Of a stretch of DNA of 64,000 nucleotides, positions 36,201 through 45,265 are shown one piece after another (position 1 is the stretch's first letter; the number at the start of each line of letters is the position of its first letter). The position numbers and the translations under genes were made by a program. The notes under the pieces are model-generated. The model was not told where the DNA came from. It ran no database searches and saw nothing but the letters and a program-made list of their open reading frames with translations. Source of the DNA: Raillietiella orientalis (taxonomy: Eukaryota); assembly GCA_036172245.1 (NCBI GenBank), contig JAYWIR010000006.1, positions 5,890,001 through 5,954,000 of the forward strand, given 5' to 3'.

Positions 36201-37602
36201 CCCCACGGACTCGCTTGGGGCTCCCAAGGGATCTTCTCCTGCCTTCGTGTGCAGCTGAGAGCCGAAGTAGGATCGCTGCCACAGAGGAGAACGCATCTTC
36301 CTTTCGCCCTTCCTTTGGCGCGCCTCTCCCTCTTCGGACTTCTTCCGTCCCATCAGCATTTCCCGCAAGCAATCCATTTCTTTCGTTCTTCTCTGCGTCT
36401 GAAGGGAGGGAACAGCGATGCTGAAAAAGAGCGCGCAAGGCCGTCCGGCCATCTCCTTTTCCTCCGAGTGAATCTGCTCTTCCCCCGTCTCCAGACGAGT
36501 TCAAGAGCCGCATCGTGTGCAAGAACGGTCAGCTGCGCCTGGAGTGCCCGAGCAGCGAGTCCCGCGTCGCCATCTACTCCGCCAGCTTCGGACGCAGCAA
36601 ATATGGGAGCTTCGAGTGCCCGCAGACTCCGGAAGTCCCGGAGGAAGGTGAGGGTGGATGGGTTCCCGGGTCGTCCTCCACCCACTCCCTTCCCGTCTCT
36701 CTTCCTTCTTCCAGACTGCCAGGTGAGCTACGCGACGGAGATCCTCATGAAGATCTGCCATGGAAAGCAGCGGTGCCACGTGAGCGCCAACGCCTCCACC
36801 TTTTCGTCGCGCTGCCATCCGCTGTCCAACGCGTACCTGAAGGTCGTCTTCACGTGCGGTGAGGGACGCCTCCGGCGGCGAACGCCGGCCGGAGCTGCTG
36901 ACGTTCCTCGCATGCGCGGCGGGGGAATGTTTTAGTGCCGGGAAACGTGCTAAAGCAGCAGTATCATCAGTACCACCGGGAGGAGGAGGAGGAGGAGGAG
37001 GAGGACGATGCCGTCTTCCGCGAGACAGGCATGGCGGAAGACTTCGATAAGAGCGCTCCGGTCGCGGTGGCGGCGGCCGGGGAGGGAGACGATGGGGAAG
37101 GAGAGGCCGCCTCCACCTCCTCGGGCGGCGGCGGTGGAACTCCCGGGAAGCAGCGGGGCGGCGGCAGCTTTGCCGGGTTCTTCGCGGGCTGGATCGTTGC
37201 CATCGGCTTCCTGAAAAGTAGGCGTCTTTCGTCCCCTTCCCCCGGCCCCTCCCCGGCTTCCCTCCCGGCGGTCCCTGACTGCGGTTCCCGCGAATTCCAG
37301 GGAACTCAGAAAAGTGCGCCCTCTACGTCGCCCTGAGCGTCGGAGCCGGGCTGGTGGCGTTCTCGGCGGCAGCCATGCACAGGCTCGTCCGGAGCAGGGC
37401 CGCCGCCCGACGGCCCCGCAGCGACCACGGGGGCGAAGCGCGCTGCCCCCTGCCGGAGTTCGACTGCACGGACTACCGCGAGCTGGACGCGGACCTCGAC
37501 CTCCTGCAGTCCCTGCCGTCCTCCAACTCTTTCCATGACGGCGGTGGCCCAGTGGGCACCCTGAAGCGCACCGCCCACCCGGGCATCTACGTGTACAGCT
37601 AG
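173..37602 (+). CDS. eva-1: EVA-1 / EVA1C-like single-pass receptor with two SUEL (Gal/rhamnose-binding) lectin domains; join(173..245,24434..24669,28475..28595,36495..36647,36715..36858,36936..37217,37301..37602), 1311 nt = 436 aa + stop
   Basis: Signal peptide MLLVWTNVCAVLLALSSFASG. SUEL1 ALLIGTLRTEQKAACDDQWLTISCP...YGR...DPCPGLRKYAEIAYKCRP. SUEL2 EFKSRIVCKNGQLRLECP...IYSASFGR...CHGKQRC...YLKVVFTC. TM LYVALSVGAGLVAFSAAAM. All six introns are GT-AG with compatible phases (1,0,1,1,1,1). Confidence 0.9.
1630..3420 (-). mobile_element. Highly degenerate Ty3/gypsy pol fossil (RT-RNaseH-integrase) in eva-1 intron 1
   Basis: Motif remnants in the expected order across frames: GLKAASP..FQ (RT), VLGHTV, SCTAFGDSLDSLCGRPLA (connection), VALLAEAEGFHLTVSYASRPLAK (RNase H), EEVLGSCGSAPAAH and RSCDTCR (integrase HHCC), LFGKVRGD. 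Confidence 0.55.
4600..5250 (+). mobile_element. Possible degenerate non-LTR (LINE) RT fragment
   Basis: SLSCARTFENHIF (RT1-like), HQGCHGS (QG-like) and AADDATIFG (FADD-like) in order; visual only. Confidence 0.3.
7690..7790 (-). repeat. Fragment of the SINE-like family
   Basis: Reverse complement reads CCCGTTGACTG..CCTGGGATCAGGGAG..CTCCGGTTGTGAAAATAGGGG, matching the body blocks of copy 1. Confidence 0.5.
8445..8900 (+). mobile_element. tRNA-headed SINE-like element, copy 1
   Basis: A-box-like TGGGCACAAGTGG and B-box GGTTCGAATCC at 8498-8508. The body shares blocks (GTCGAC..AGAAAT..GCGTCGTGGGT, GAATCAAGGAG, CCTCCGGT.GTG, GCCTCTCCAGAGTG..GAAGCGC, CTTCAGAGAAA..TGGGAAGC..CCCTTCGG) with the inverted copy at 62520-62990. 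Confidence 0.7.
12400..13000 (-). mobile_element. Possible second gypsy RT fossil fragment
   Basis: ITVPTFGRLR...PSAAFQ and PWVMQSESAFDD resemble gypsy RT and connection motifs; weak. Confidence 0.25.
14960..15900 (-). mobile_element. Possible degenerate CR1/L2-like LINE ORF2 fragment
   Basis: LPTPLHGSLLIADL (cf. LGPLLFSLYINDL), GILEGTHLSF (cf. GVILDSHLSF) and RSLIVQPYFDGSACWS (cf. KSLIQPHFDYCS.VW) in order. Confidence 0.35.
19255..19370 (+). repeat. Fragment of the SINE-like family
   Basis: GATGCCTCCCCAGAGTGTGAGAAGCGCGCCGCTC...GGAGCAGTTCCCT..AGGTTCTCTCCGGAGAAG matches copies at 8757 and 62520-62670 (rc). Confidence 0.55.
24434..24669 (+). CDS. eva-1: eva-1 coding exon 2 (SUEL domain 1, N-half)
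   Basis: tttgtttacag| acceptor; ALLIGTLRTEQKAACDDQWLTISCPPTTIISIVLVHYGRK...TCLSVAASK; AAG|GTCAGC donor. Confidence 0.9.
27670..28010 (+). mobile_element. Degenerate LINE (CR1/L2-like) RT fragment
   Basis: RPIIPPLPAS (cf. RPISLLP), SGFLYTRSFRALLK (cf. QSGFR..HSTETALLK) and GTVPKGSVL (cf. GVPQGSVL) in order with frameshifts. Confidence 0.5.
28010..28250 (+). repeat. Fragment of the SINE-like family abutting the LINE fragment
   Basis: CCGGGATCCTTCCGGGAATCAGGGAG..TCCGGTGGTGGAAATGGGG..CCATGGA...TTCCCTCCAGAGAAG. Confidence 0.5.
28475..28595 (+). CDS. eva-1: eva-1 coding exon 3 (SUEL domain 1, C-half); absent from the ORF track
   Basis: tcttccatttccag| IVEARCREKRQCQFLVGHKIFGDPCPGLRKYAEIAYKCRP |GTAAGT; canonical SUEL DPC..KY motif. 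Confidence 0.92.
30900..31500 (-). mobile_element. Possible LINE RT N-terminal fragment
   Basis: KVAFVDIPVRTTAGPSPGRNRRPITFASCSA resembles the WK.A.V.PIPK....P.NYRPISL motif. Confidence 0.3.
31920..32200 (+). repeat. Fragment(s) of the SINE-like family
   Basis: CCCCGTTGACTGACCGGGATCGGAG..GGAATCAAG..CCCTCCGGTTGCGAAAATGGGACCCTACCATGGAGCT closely parallels 8620-8752; a second GGAATCAAGGAG lies at 32161. Confidence 0.65.
36495..36647 (+). CDS. eva-1: eva-1 coding exon 4 (SUEL domain 2, N-half)
   Basis: ctccag| (N)EFKSRIVCKNGQLRLECPSSESRVAIYSASFGRSKYGSFECPQTPEVPEE |GTGAGG. Confidence 0.92.
36715..36858 (+). CDS. eva-1: eva-1 coding exon 5 (SUEL domain 2, C-half)
   Basis: cttccttcttccag| (D)CQVSYATEILMKICHGKQRCHVSANASTFSSRCHPLSNAYLKVVFTC |GTGAGG. 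Confidence 0.92.
36936..37217 (+). CDS. eva-1: eva-1 coding exon 6 (acidic/Gly-rich stalk, juxtamembrane segment)
   Basis: ttttag| (V)PGNVLKQQY...poly-E...FAGWIVAIGFLK A|GTAGGC; frame is continuous with exons 5 and 7. Confidence 0.8.
37301..37602 (+). CDS. eva-1: eva-1 coding exon 7 (TM helix and cytosolic tail)
   Basis: ttccag| (R)NSEKCALYVALSVGAGLVAFSAAAMHRLVR...GIYVYS*. Confidence 0.85.
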
Positions 37603-38195
37603 CATGGGACGGGCGAAACGGGCGGAGACTACCCTCGCCGTTCCCGCGCTGGTCCGACGCGGGGGCGGCTGCCCGCGAGGAAGAAGCAATCTCTTCTCCC
37701 TTCCCTTTCCTTCCGGGAACGACCGGTTGGTGAAGGAGGGGGAGCCACATCCAAGGAAGCGGCCAGGGCGGCGGCGGAGGCAACGGCAGGCGCAGCCGTA
37801 GAACCTGGGTCGGGGAGCCGACGACCCTTGCGACCTCCTCGCCTGCTCCTCTCCCCGAGTGGTCCAGCCATCCGCGTAGCCTTCCCCACGGAGAGGAAAC
37901 GGCGCCTGCAGCGAGAACGGGAGACGAATCCCCAGTTCGCCTGCCTCGCGCTTCCTCGAGGAGCGTCCAGCCAGCCGGCACCGAGAGGGGCGGTGTCCGG
38001 GAGCGCCCCGTTTCCCCGGGAACCGCCGAGGGAGGAATGGAAAATGAAAAACACATAGATCCGGCGAACGCTGCATTTCAGCCTTTCCCTTTTGGGGGAA
38101 GGGACCTGAGGCCCCCGGACCTAGGGGGTAGGGGTGAAAGAGGGTGGGAGGAGTCCGATCCTGCGGCAGTGGTAGGCAAAGACACGAGAGGTCGT

Positions 38196-39348
38196 TCAGG
38201 GCGTCAGAAACGCTGCAGTCAGCGCGCGGGGGACGCACGAGACGGCTGCAGCCAGGGAGAAGAGGAAAAAGAAGGGGGTCAACGAGCCGGTGGCTCTGGA
38301 ACCAGGGGGCAGCCCCTCGGTGGCCGAGGCGGACCTGGAAACCAGCTTCCTCCTATCAGGGATGACCTCCTCCCGGAAGGGCGGCGAAGGGCGGCCCCCG
38401 CAGCACAGGGCGCACCCGAGGCTGCCGCCATGCAGGAAGGAGCACTCATCGCAGTCCGGTCCCTCGGCAGTCCGGTTGGTAGGCCCGCCGCTCCTGGGAG
38501 GGCATTTGGGGCACTTAGCACTCCTGAGTCCCGGGTCACGGGCGCAGCCGTCCCCGCAGGAGGGCCTCTCCGGGCACGGCAGGCAGCGGCCCCAAGGTAC
38601 CCCGCCGCCGCCTTCGTCTTCGTGGCCACTGCGGGGGCGCGGACAGCGGGGGGAGCATGGGGGAGCAGCGGGGGACGGGCGGAGGAACCTGCTGGGAGGG
38701 CAGCTCAGGCAGTCGTCCCGGAGAGGGCCTCGGCAGGCGAGGCAGGCAGGGTGGCAAGGGTGGCACAGCCCGTCGTCCTTCCCGGGGAACGTCTCTTCGG
38801 GGCAGGACGCCCGCGAGGGCAGGGGGCGCCCCGGGCGCGGTGGCAACGACTCGTTCCCCGGGGTCAGGCGGAAGCTTCCCGCCTCCACCGCCGTGGCGTT
38901 CGCGTCCCAGGGGGAGGGCGGCCTCTCCTTCCCCCTCTGCTCCTGCCCCACCTCCTCTTGCCCCCCTCCTTCCTGGAGGGAGGGCGCAGTGCCGTAGAGG
39001 ACGAGCTCCCAGGACACTAGGACACCCTTGTCGGCGGCGGCCCGGTCGCCGGCGTTGACCAGCTCGAGGGTCCACACGCCCCGGGGGTCCTCGCCCCAGT
39101 AGTGAACGGAGAGGAACGGCCAGTCGTCGAACTTGTTGTCGTGGATGTCCTTGGGGCGCTCAAACAGCAGCACCGATGGCGTGCCTGACGGTGACGTCAG
39201 GCGAATACGCAGGAAGCCCCTCGGCTGGTAGTGCACGGTGACCTTGGCCTGCACGTGCTCCAGGTGGCGCACCTCGGAGGACGTCCCGGCGCACCCGTCC
39301 AGCAGCATGGTGACGCGCAGGGGCACGTTCATTTCCGCTGAGATGTGC
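38196..39348 (-). CDS. Fur2: Fur2 exon 8 (P domain, Cys-rich repeats, hydrophobic C-terminus)
   Basis: P-domain motifs; [24 protein letters not shown] repeat; ends [25 protein letters not shown]. The 3' end is less certain. Confidence 0.82.
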
Positions 39349-42300
39349 CTGGAAGGGAGGAGGGAAGAGGAGGCGGAAGCGGAGGAAGGGCAACCGAACC
39401 TGTTGGCGCGGTCCGGGGCGCTGGTGCACACGTGCTGCGGCGGCACAGTCTTCCACCCGCTCGCCAGCTCCACCATGGCGGCGGCATCCATCAGGCCGTA
39501 CCCGAACTTGTGGCTCACTGGGGTCAAAGAAACGGAGGAGGAGGAGGAAGGGGGCTCAGGATCGAGAGACGCCCCACCTCCCGGAATCCGGGAGAGATGG
39601 GGCGCACTCACCTCTTTTGCCCACGCCGTTGATGATCCAGCCGTCCTCCCTGCTCAGCGGCCCGGCCTTCGACGTCAGAACCACCAGGTGTTGCATATCC
39701 CTCCAGGTAAGCTGAGGGTTGCTTTGTAGCGCCAGGGCGCATATCCCAGCTGCCAGCGGCGCCGAGGCGGACGTCCCTGGGCGAGGAAGCACGTGGGAAG
39801 GGAAGGAGAACCGGACAGACGGTTCCCCGCCCACCTCCTCCCCGGTGCTGCCCTTCCCCTCTCCCTTCCCTCCCCGATCGACGTCGTCCGCCGCCCGTGG
39901 TCACCTGTGTGCTCGTTGGTGCACAGAAAGGACGCCCTCATCTGCCCATCCATGTCGCATGTGGAGATGCCTTTTTCCCGCCCAGGAAACCCGGAGCTGT
40001 AGGTGGTGGCCAGCGTAGACGAGCACTCCTCGAGGTACCACGGCCGCCGTCCTCCCTGGGTGGCACTGGAGATGGACAGCGTGAAGATGCTGCTCGTGTA
40101 GCCGTCGCAGTTGCAGGAATCCTGGTGCCTGCCGCCATTGCCTGAGGCCCACACGAAGATGGAGCCGAGGCCGCGGCGGCCTCTGGTGGCCCCGTTGATG
40201 AAGGCCCTCCGTGCGAGCGGGCCCGGCCCGTCCACGGTCTTCCCGTCGTCTTCTGGTCCCCAAGAGACGCTGTAGATGTCCACGTGGTCCGGGTTGTGGC
40301 TCAGCGAGTCGGCCTCCACGGAGTCGCTGACCGGTCCGTCCAGCATGCGGATGCCCCCGATGCTGGCGTTGTACGCCACCCCGACTCCGCACCACCCGTT
40401 GTTGGCCACCGCTGCGATCTCACCGGCGCAGCGCGTCCCGTGCCGGTTCTCGACGGTGTTCCGGGGCGTGGGGTCGGAGTCGCGGTCGTTCAGGTCGTTG
40501 CTAGCCAGCGGGTCCTGCAAGAGGGACGCGGGGATGCAGCGGATCTCGGGGAAAGGGGGACGCGCAAACACCCACGTAGTTCTTCTCCAGGTCCGGGTGG
40601 TTCCTTTGGATGCCGTCGTCCAGGACGGTGACCACCACTCCGCGTCCCGTGATACCGCGCTTCCAGGCGGGGATGACGTTCATGTCCGTGCCGTCGAAGG
40701 CCCCACCGTTCTGGGGAGAAAGAGAGGTGAGCGGGGAATCCTTCCGGGAGGAAGCGTACCAGATACCACTCATCCGGGTAGTCGGGATCGTTGAACCACC
40801 AGGGCGAGGGCCTCTTGAAGGTGGCGAAGGGGTGGGGCTGGTAGAAGGTGAAAAAGTCCCTCTTCACGCGCTTGCGCTCCACCTGCTGCTCCACCCACTC
40901 CACCTACGAGAAAGCGTGAAGATGGGGGAGCTCCGGCTCGAAGGCTTCGAGCAGAAGGATGGGGTGGATGCCCTCATCCTCGCCACGAAGCGCCCCGCGG
41001 AGCAAAAGGCAGGTGAGGTGCATCCCCGGAGGGGGTTCGAGGGCGGAGGAAGAGTCGTGGGACCGAGAGGGAAAGCAGGAATCCGCGTTCTGTGCTGAGG
41101 GCGCGGAGGAGCGAATGAATCGGGGGTGCTGTGTGGGGTCCCGAAAGAGGGTATACGGGACGAGACTCCCCCCTAGAGAGAACCGGACGTCCTAATTCGC
41201 CTCTGGGTCGTCAGCGACTCCAGTCGATGAACCCACGCTAGAGGGGAGGAGGAAGTGGGGGGTAGAGACCAGGCATTTCTCTACAAATCGCGCCGCAAGA
41301 AGCCGCCGGAGGAGGGTGTCGGGGAGGGTGGTCATTCATCGCGACCTTCATCGCGCGACGAACCGGAAGTCCTCAGGAGAGGAGCTGCGGCGGCCCGTCC
41401 TGCGGGACGCCCTGAGACCGGTTTCAGGGTGAGCTGAGTCAGAAGGACTCCCTGCCCCGCAACTTGGGGGCGAGCGCGGGGGAGTGCCCACCTCTCCCGA
41501 GGGAGGCGAACTTCGTGACAGGGGCGACTTGGCGGCAGCTCTTCGGTGCGAAGGGACGGATTAAGGCGGTCGGCCTTCCCAGACGGGTCAGGTGGAGTCC
41601 GCCTGAGGGCCGATTTGACCCGGTAGAGCGTCCCGGCTCCGTTTTCCGAGAAGGGAAGCCCGGGAGCGTCGCGTTGCACCAGAGATGCCGCGGAGACATT
41701 TTTTTCCTCTTCGGGAGGAAAAGTCCCTCGAGGCAAAAGAAAAACCACATAGGGGTTTTTCTTTTGCTGGTTGATTTTTCTTCTTCCATAGTACGCGACC
41801 CGGGGAGTGATCATTTCTCCCCTTCCTCCGCTCTTTTCCAAGCAGCGCCCCTGCCCGCGGCAGGAGGGCTTCTGGGGGGCGGTGCGCGCACGCAGGAGGA
41901 GCCGGTATGGTCAGCCCTCTTGCGCCTGAGGCACTGATATGGCCGCAGGCCAGCGTGGGGTGCTGGAGAAGGGGAACGAGCTGCCCTCGGGCAGTCGGCT
42001 GACTCAAGGACTCCCTGAGGCATCCAAGGAGCACGCGGCCTTTGAACCCACCCTCACAGAGCAGTCCTGACCCCAGCGGCCGCTTCTCAGTGGCAGCGAC
42101 CTCTGGGAAGCTGCAGCAGCAACGTGCGTTTGCAGGTGACCCTCTCGGGCTTCCTACTTATATTTCCTTCCCCTGCAGCCCTCCCACGATCCTTTAAGGT
42201 ATCACCTTCTCGCGAAAGCATCTCCAGCGATGGCGCCTCATTGAGGACACCCTTTGAGTGCGTTTCCGGAGCCTGCGGCGAGGTCCGGACCTCCCTCTCG

Positions 42301-45265
42301 GCTTCTGGGAGAGTCCGGAGACAAGGTCTGCCGACGCATTCCCGGAGGCAAGGAGTCAGCGGGAAAGGTCGCCCACTGCAGGGACAGCGCGTGCCGCTTC
42401 CGCCCTCTCCTTCCAATTCCAATTTCTATTACTGCTCTTCCCAGGGTGCCCGCGGATGTGGGTCATCCTGCCGGCCAGCGCGAGCGCCGAGCGAACACGT
42501 CGTGGCGTTCAATCCCCTCCTCCTCCTCTTGCGGCAAGCAGCAAGGAACAGGTCCCGGTCACAGATCCAGGCCGAGGATCCCCAGGAGCGCGTGCCTGCT
42601 GCTGCGCCTCCGAAACACTCGTCTTTTCCTTCCTTCTTCCCCACTTTACCCTCCTTTTCCCCCGTCCCCATCGAAGGTTCCCAGTCGGTAGCAGGAGACG
42701 TTCGCACGCGCCGTTCCCGGAGGCTCGAGTCATCTCCGGTAACGCCACCGGAGCCACTGCTTCCGCGGGAGATCCGCATGTGGGAGGACACCGCGCATCC
42801 GCCACACGGCGCCAGAGGCACCAGCCTCGACTGCCGACTGCGCCACGAGAAGCGTTGTCGGCGAGAATCTGCTGGCACGACCACCACTCCGCCCGCCACG
42901 TGACCACTGCCGTTTCTGCGCCCGTGGACGCTCCCGGAAGATGCATGCACGCCGCCTCCTTGGCTTTGTCGCTCTCCTGGAAACGGAAGGAGGAGAAGGA
43001 AGAAGAGGAAGGAATCGGGAAGGATGGAGGCGGCTGACGGGGCACCCGTTCCCTCCGTGAGTCCTCTCCGTCTTCTCTTGCCAGGGAGCCTCCCCTTGGT
43101 GCTGCTACTTCCAGGAGAGGGGGAAGAGCGCGCGCGAGAGAGCAGTCCGGGGGAGTTCGCTCGCATCCGGTTAGGAGCGGGGAATGCGGGCGGAGTGAGA
43201 AAAACGGCGACGGCGACGAAGGAGGGGGAGGGGGAGGGAATGGGAGGACTACTTCCTCCTTCCTCCGCTCCCTCTCCGGCGGAAATCCTGGCGGGCGGGC
43301 CTCCCGCCAGCGCCTGCGAAACGGCTCCCAGTCCCTTGACGGAGGGAGACGACCTACGATTCTGGATGTGGGATTCTCGCCGCCGCCGTTCCGCCATGAA
43401 GGCAGGGCTGCAAGGAAAATCCAGGAGTGCACCTCGCCTCGAGAGTCACCAAGCAAAGGGAGGTCTCGGGATTCGGGACGCAGGAAGGAACTCCTGAATG
43501 GAAAATGGGTGTGACGCTTCTTTTCCCTCTGTAAAATAGGGGTGACGTCTCCTCCCCCAGCACCTCGAGGGTGCCTGACTCCCGGTTCTCATCCCACGGC
43601 GTTTCGGAACCTTTCTGCAGCGAAACCCTAGCAGTCCCACTTCACCGTCACGGTCTCTCCTTCTCTGGAATCTCCGCCTCCAGGAGAGTCCAGAGAGACT
43701 GCGGTCCCAGTGGTCCTTCACAGCCCGATATCCGTCCAGAAAGGGAGGAGAAGAGCAGACCCGCTCCGCGTCGCTCAAGGCGCACGCAACACTGCATCGG
43801 ACGGTCCGCACGCTCAGCTTCGCCGTCTCCAGGCAACGTTTCCGAGGCGTCCTCGGACGGCCCTCTGCAAGTTCGCGGAGGGCGTCTCAGACTTCCTCAC
43901 AGGGAGGAATCCATGCACGGAGGAGGGGAGTCGCTCTGCGACCAGCCACGGACCTGGACTTCTGGCACTCCTGCTCCAACGGACTCGCCTTCCCTCTCGG
44001 GTTTGCGAACGCCGAACGAAGGACTTCTGGCACCCCTGCTCCGAATCAGTGCCTCTCATTTCCGAGCGGGCTTTCCGACGCTGGAACGCCTGATTCACGC
44101 GGGACTCGTCCAACCCTCCCCATCCCGGGCTTCCAAGAGGACGGGTTCATCCTCCGGGACCCTCGGCTTGGGGTGGGTTCGGTGGCGCCCTCTCGTGCAC
44201 TCTCGCAACCACATCGCTCCCCTTCCGGAAAGCCCAGCCGACGTTGCTGACGCCGCCTTGAGGCGCGCGGAAGGGGGCAAGGATGCGGGTGCTGCTCCTC
44301 GTCTCGGCAACCATCCCGGTTCCCTGCCTCTTCCGTTCGCCCTAGAGGGTCCCTCCTGGGACGCCAGGGGATAAGAGGCGGAAAGACGGGTAGAAGACGG
44401 GGAGAGGAACCTCGGTGGTCGCTTGTGCCTCGGCGGGATCATGTCCGAGAGGCAACCCAACAGTGCGCCCGGGGAAGCTTGCGGCATCCCAGCTACACGC
44501 CGCGTGCGCACGCTTCGGGCGGAGGACGGCGCGTGGTACGGCTGGCTGCCTTCCGGGTTTCCCGGCAACGAAGCGCGTCCGAGGCGGAACCGCGTGTTGC
44601 GTGCCACCTACGACGCCCTTCCGAAAGGGAGGGGAACCCCACACCACCATCACCACCTCTTTTTAAATTTTTACTCCCCTCTTTCTCTTTTTTTGGGGGT
44701 GGAGACCCCTATTCCAGAAAAAGGGGACATCACCCTCCGATGCGGCGTTTCCAGGGCAGCGGCGGGAACCACCGGAACGTCGGGTGTGTGTCCGCGTGTG
44801 TGTGTGAGGGAGGGAAGGTGACCCGCGGTCCCCGTGCTACTCACCGATGGCTCCAGCTCCAGCTTGTCCAGGAACTCCTTGCTGGACGACACAGACCGCC
44901 GATGGACGCGCTGGTGCTCGAAAAGGAAGAAACCTTCCAGGCTGCCGATCTGCAGGGCAGACATACCTCCTGAGTGCTCCCGCGCCTCGGGTCCGGGTCG
45001 AAGGGAGGAGGATGGTGGATGCCCCGACAAGCGGCACCTCCGCGCGTGGGGAGGGGTGGGGTGGGGGAAGGGTCGGAGAGAGGGTGCGTACCTGTCCCAG
45101 ATTCCTGTACCCATGTCGGGCCGCCACACGGTCGGCTTCCTGGGACCCTCCCGGGATGTTGACGGCGAACCGGTTAGTGTAGACGTCCTGCATGGCGCGG
45201 GCCGGCGGAGGCGCCAGGACGGCGAGCAGGGCGCCGCACCAGAGGAGCCAATCCACGGCGAGCAT
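38196..45265 (-). CDS. Fur2: Furin-like proprotein convertase 2 (S8 kexin family); complement(join(38196..39348,39400..39517,39612..39776,39905..40514,40576..40710,40760..40903,44845..44949,45092..45265)), 2604 nt = 867 aa + stop
   Basis: Signal peptide; prodomain ending RKRVKR|D; catalytic motifs [19 protein letters not shown] and [22 protein letters not shown] domain (LEHVQA...LTSPSGT...[15 protein letters not shown]); furin-like Cys-rich repeats. Motifs such as [25 protein letters not shown] and [10 protein letters not shown] are typical of arthropod Furin 2. Confidence 0.93.
39400..39517 (-). CDS. Fur2: Fur2 exon 7
   Basis: [31 protein letters not shown]...; AG|GTTCGG donor. Confidence 0.88.
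39612..39776 (-). CDS. Fur2: Fur2 exon 6 (catalytic Ser)
   Basis: [36 protein letters not shown]. Confidence 0.94.
39905..40514 (-). CDS. Fur2: Fur2 exon 5 (catalytic His, oxyanion Asn)
   Basis: DPLAS...[13 protein letters not shown]...[14 protein letters not shown]...WASGNGG...CTNEHT. Confidence 0.95.
40576..40710 (-). CDS. Fur2: Fur2 exon 4 (catalytic Asp)
   Basis: [45 protein letters not shown], flanked by AG/GT. Confidence 0.93.
40760..40903 (-). CDS. Fur2: Fur2 exon 3 (prodomain cleavage site)
   Basis: cgtag| [17 protein letters not shown]...[18 protein letters not shown]. Confidence 0.92.
43108..43224 (+). repeat. Inverted repeat arm A (Fur2 intron 2), partner of 45832-45950
   Basis: cttccaggagagggggaagagcgcgcgcgagagagcagtccgggggagttcgctcgcatccggttaggagcggggaatgcgggcggag aligns to the reverse complement of arm B with few mismatches. 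Confidence 0.85.
43600..44110 (-). mobile_element. Degenerate LINE RT fragment in Fur2 intron 2
   Basis: [27 protein letters not shown] (RT domain 2, cf. QHGFRPGRSTETAL) followed by [12 protein letters not shown] (cf. FLDIEKAFDKVW). Confidence 0.45.
44845..44949 (-). CDS. Fur2: Fur2 exon 2 (prodomain)
   Basis: ctgcag| [41 protein letters not shown]. Confidence 0.9.
45092..45265 (-). CDS. Fur2: Fur2 exon 1 (signal peptide + prodomain start)
   Basis: [24 protein letters not shown]...[34 protein letters not shown]. Confidence 0.9.
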
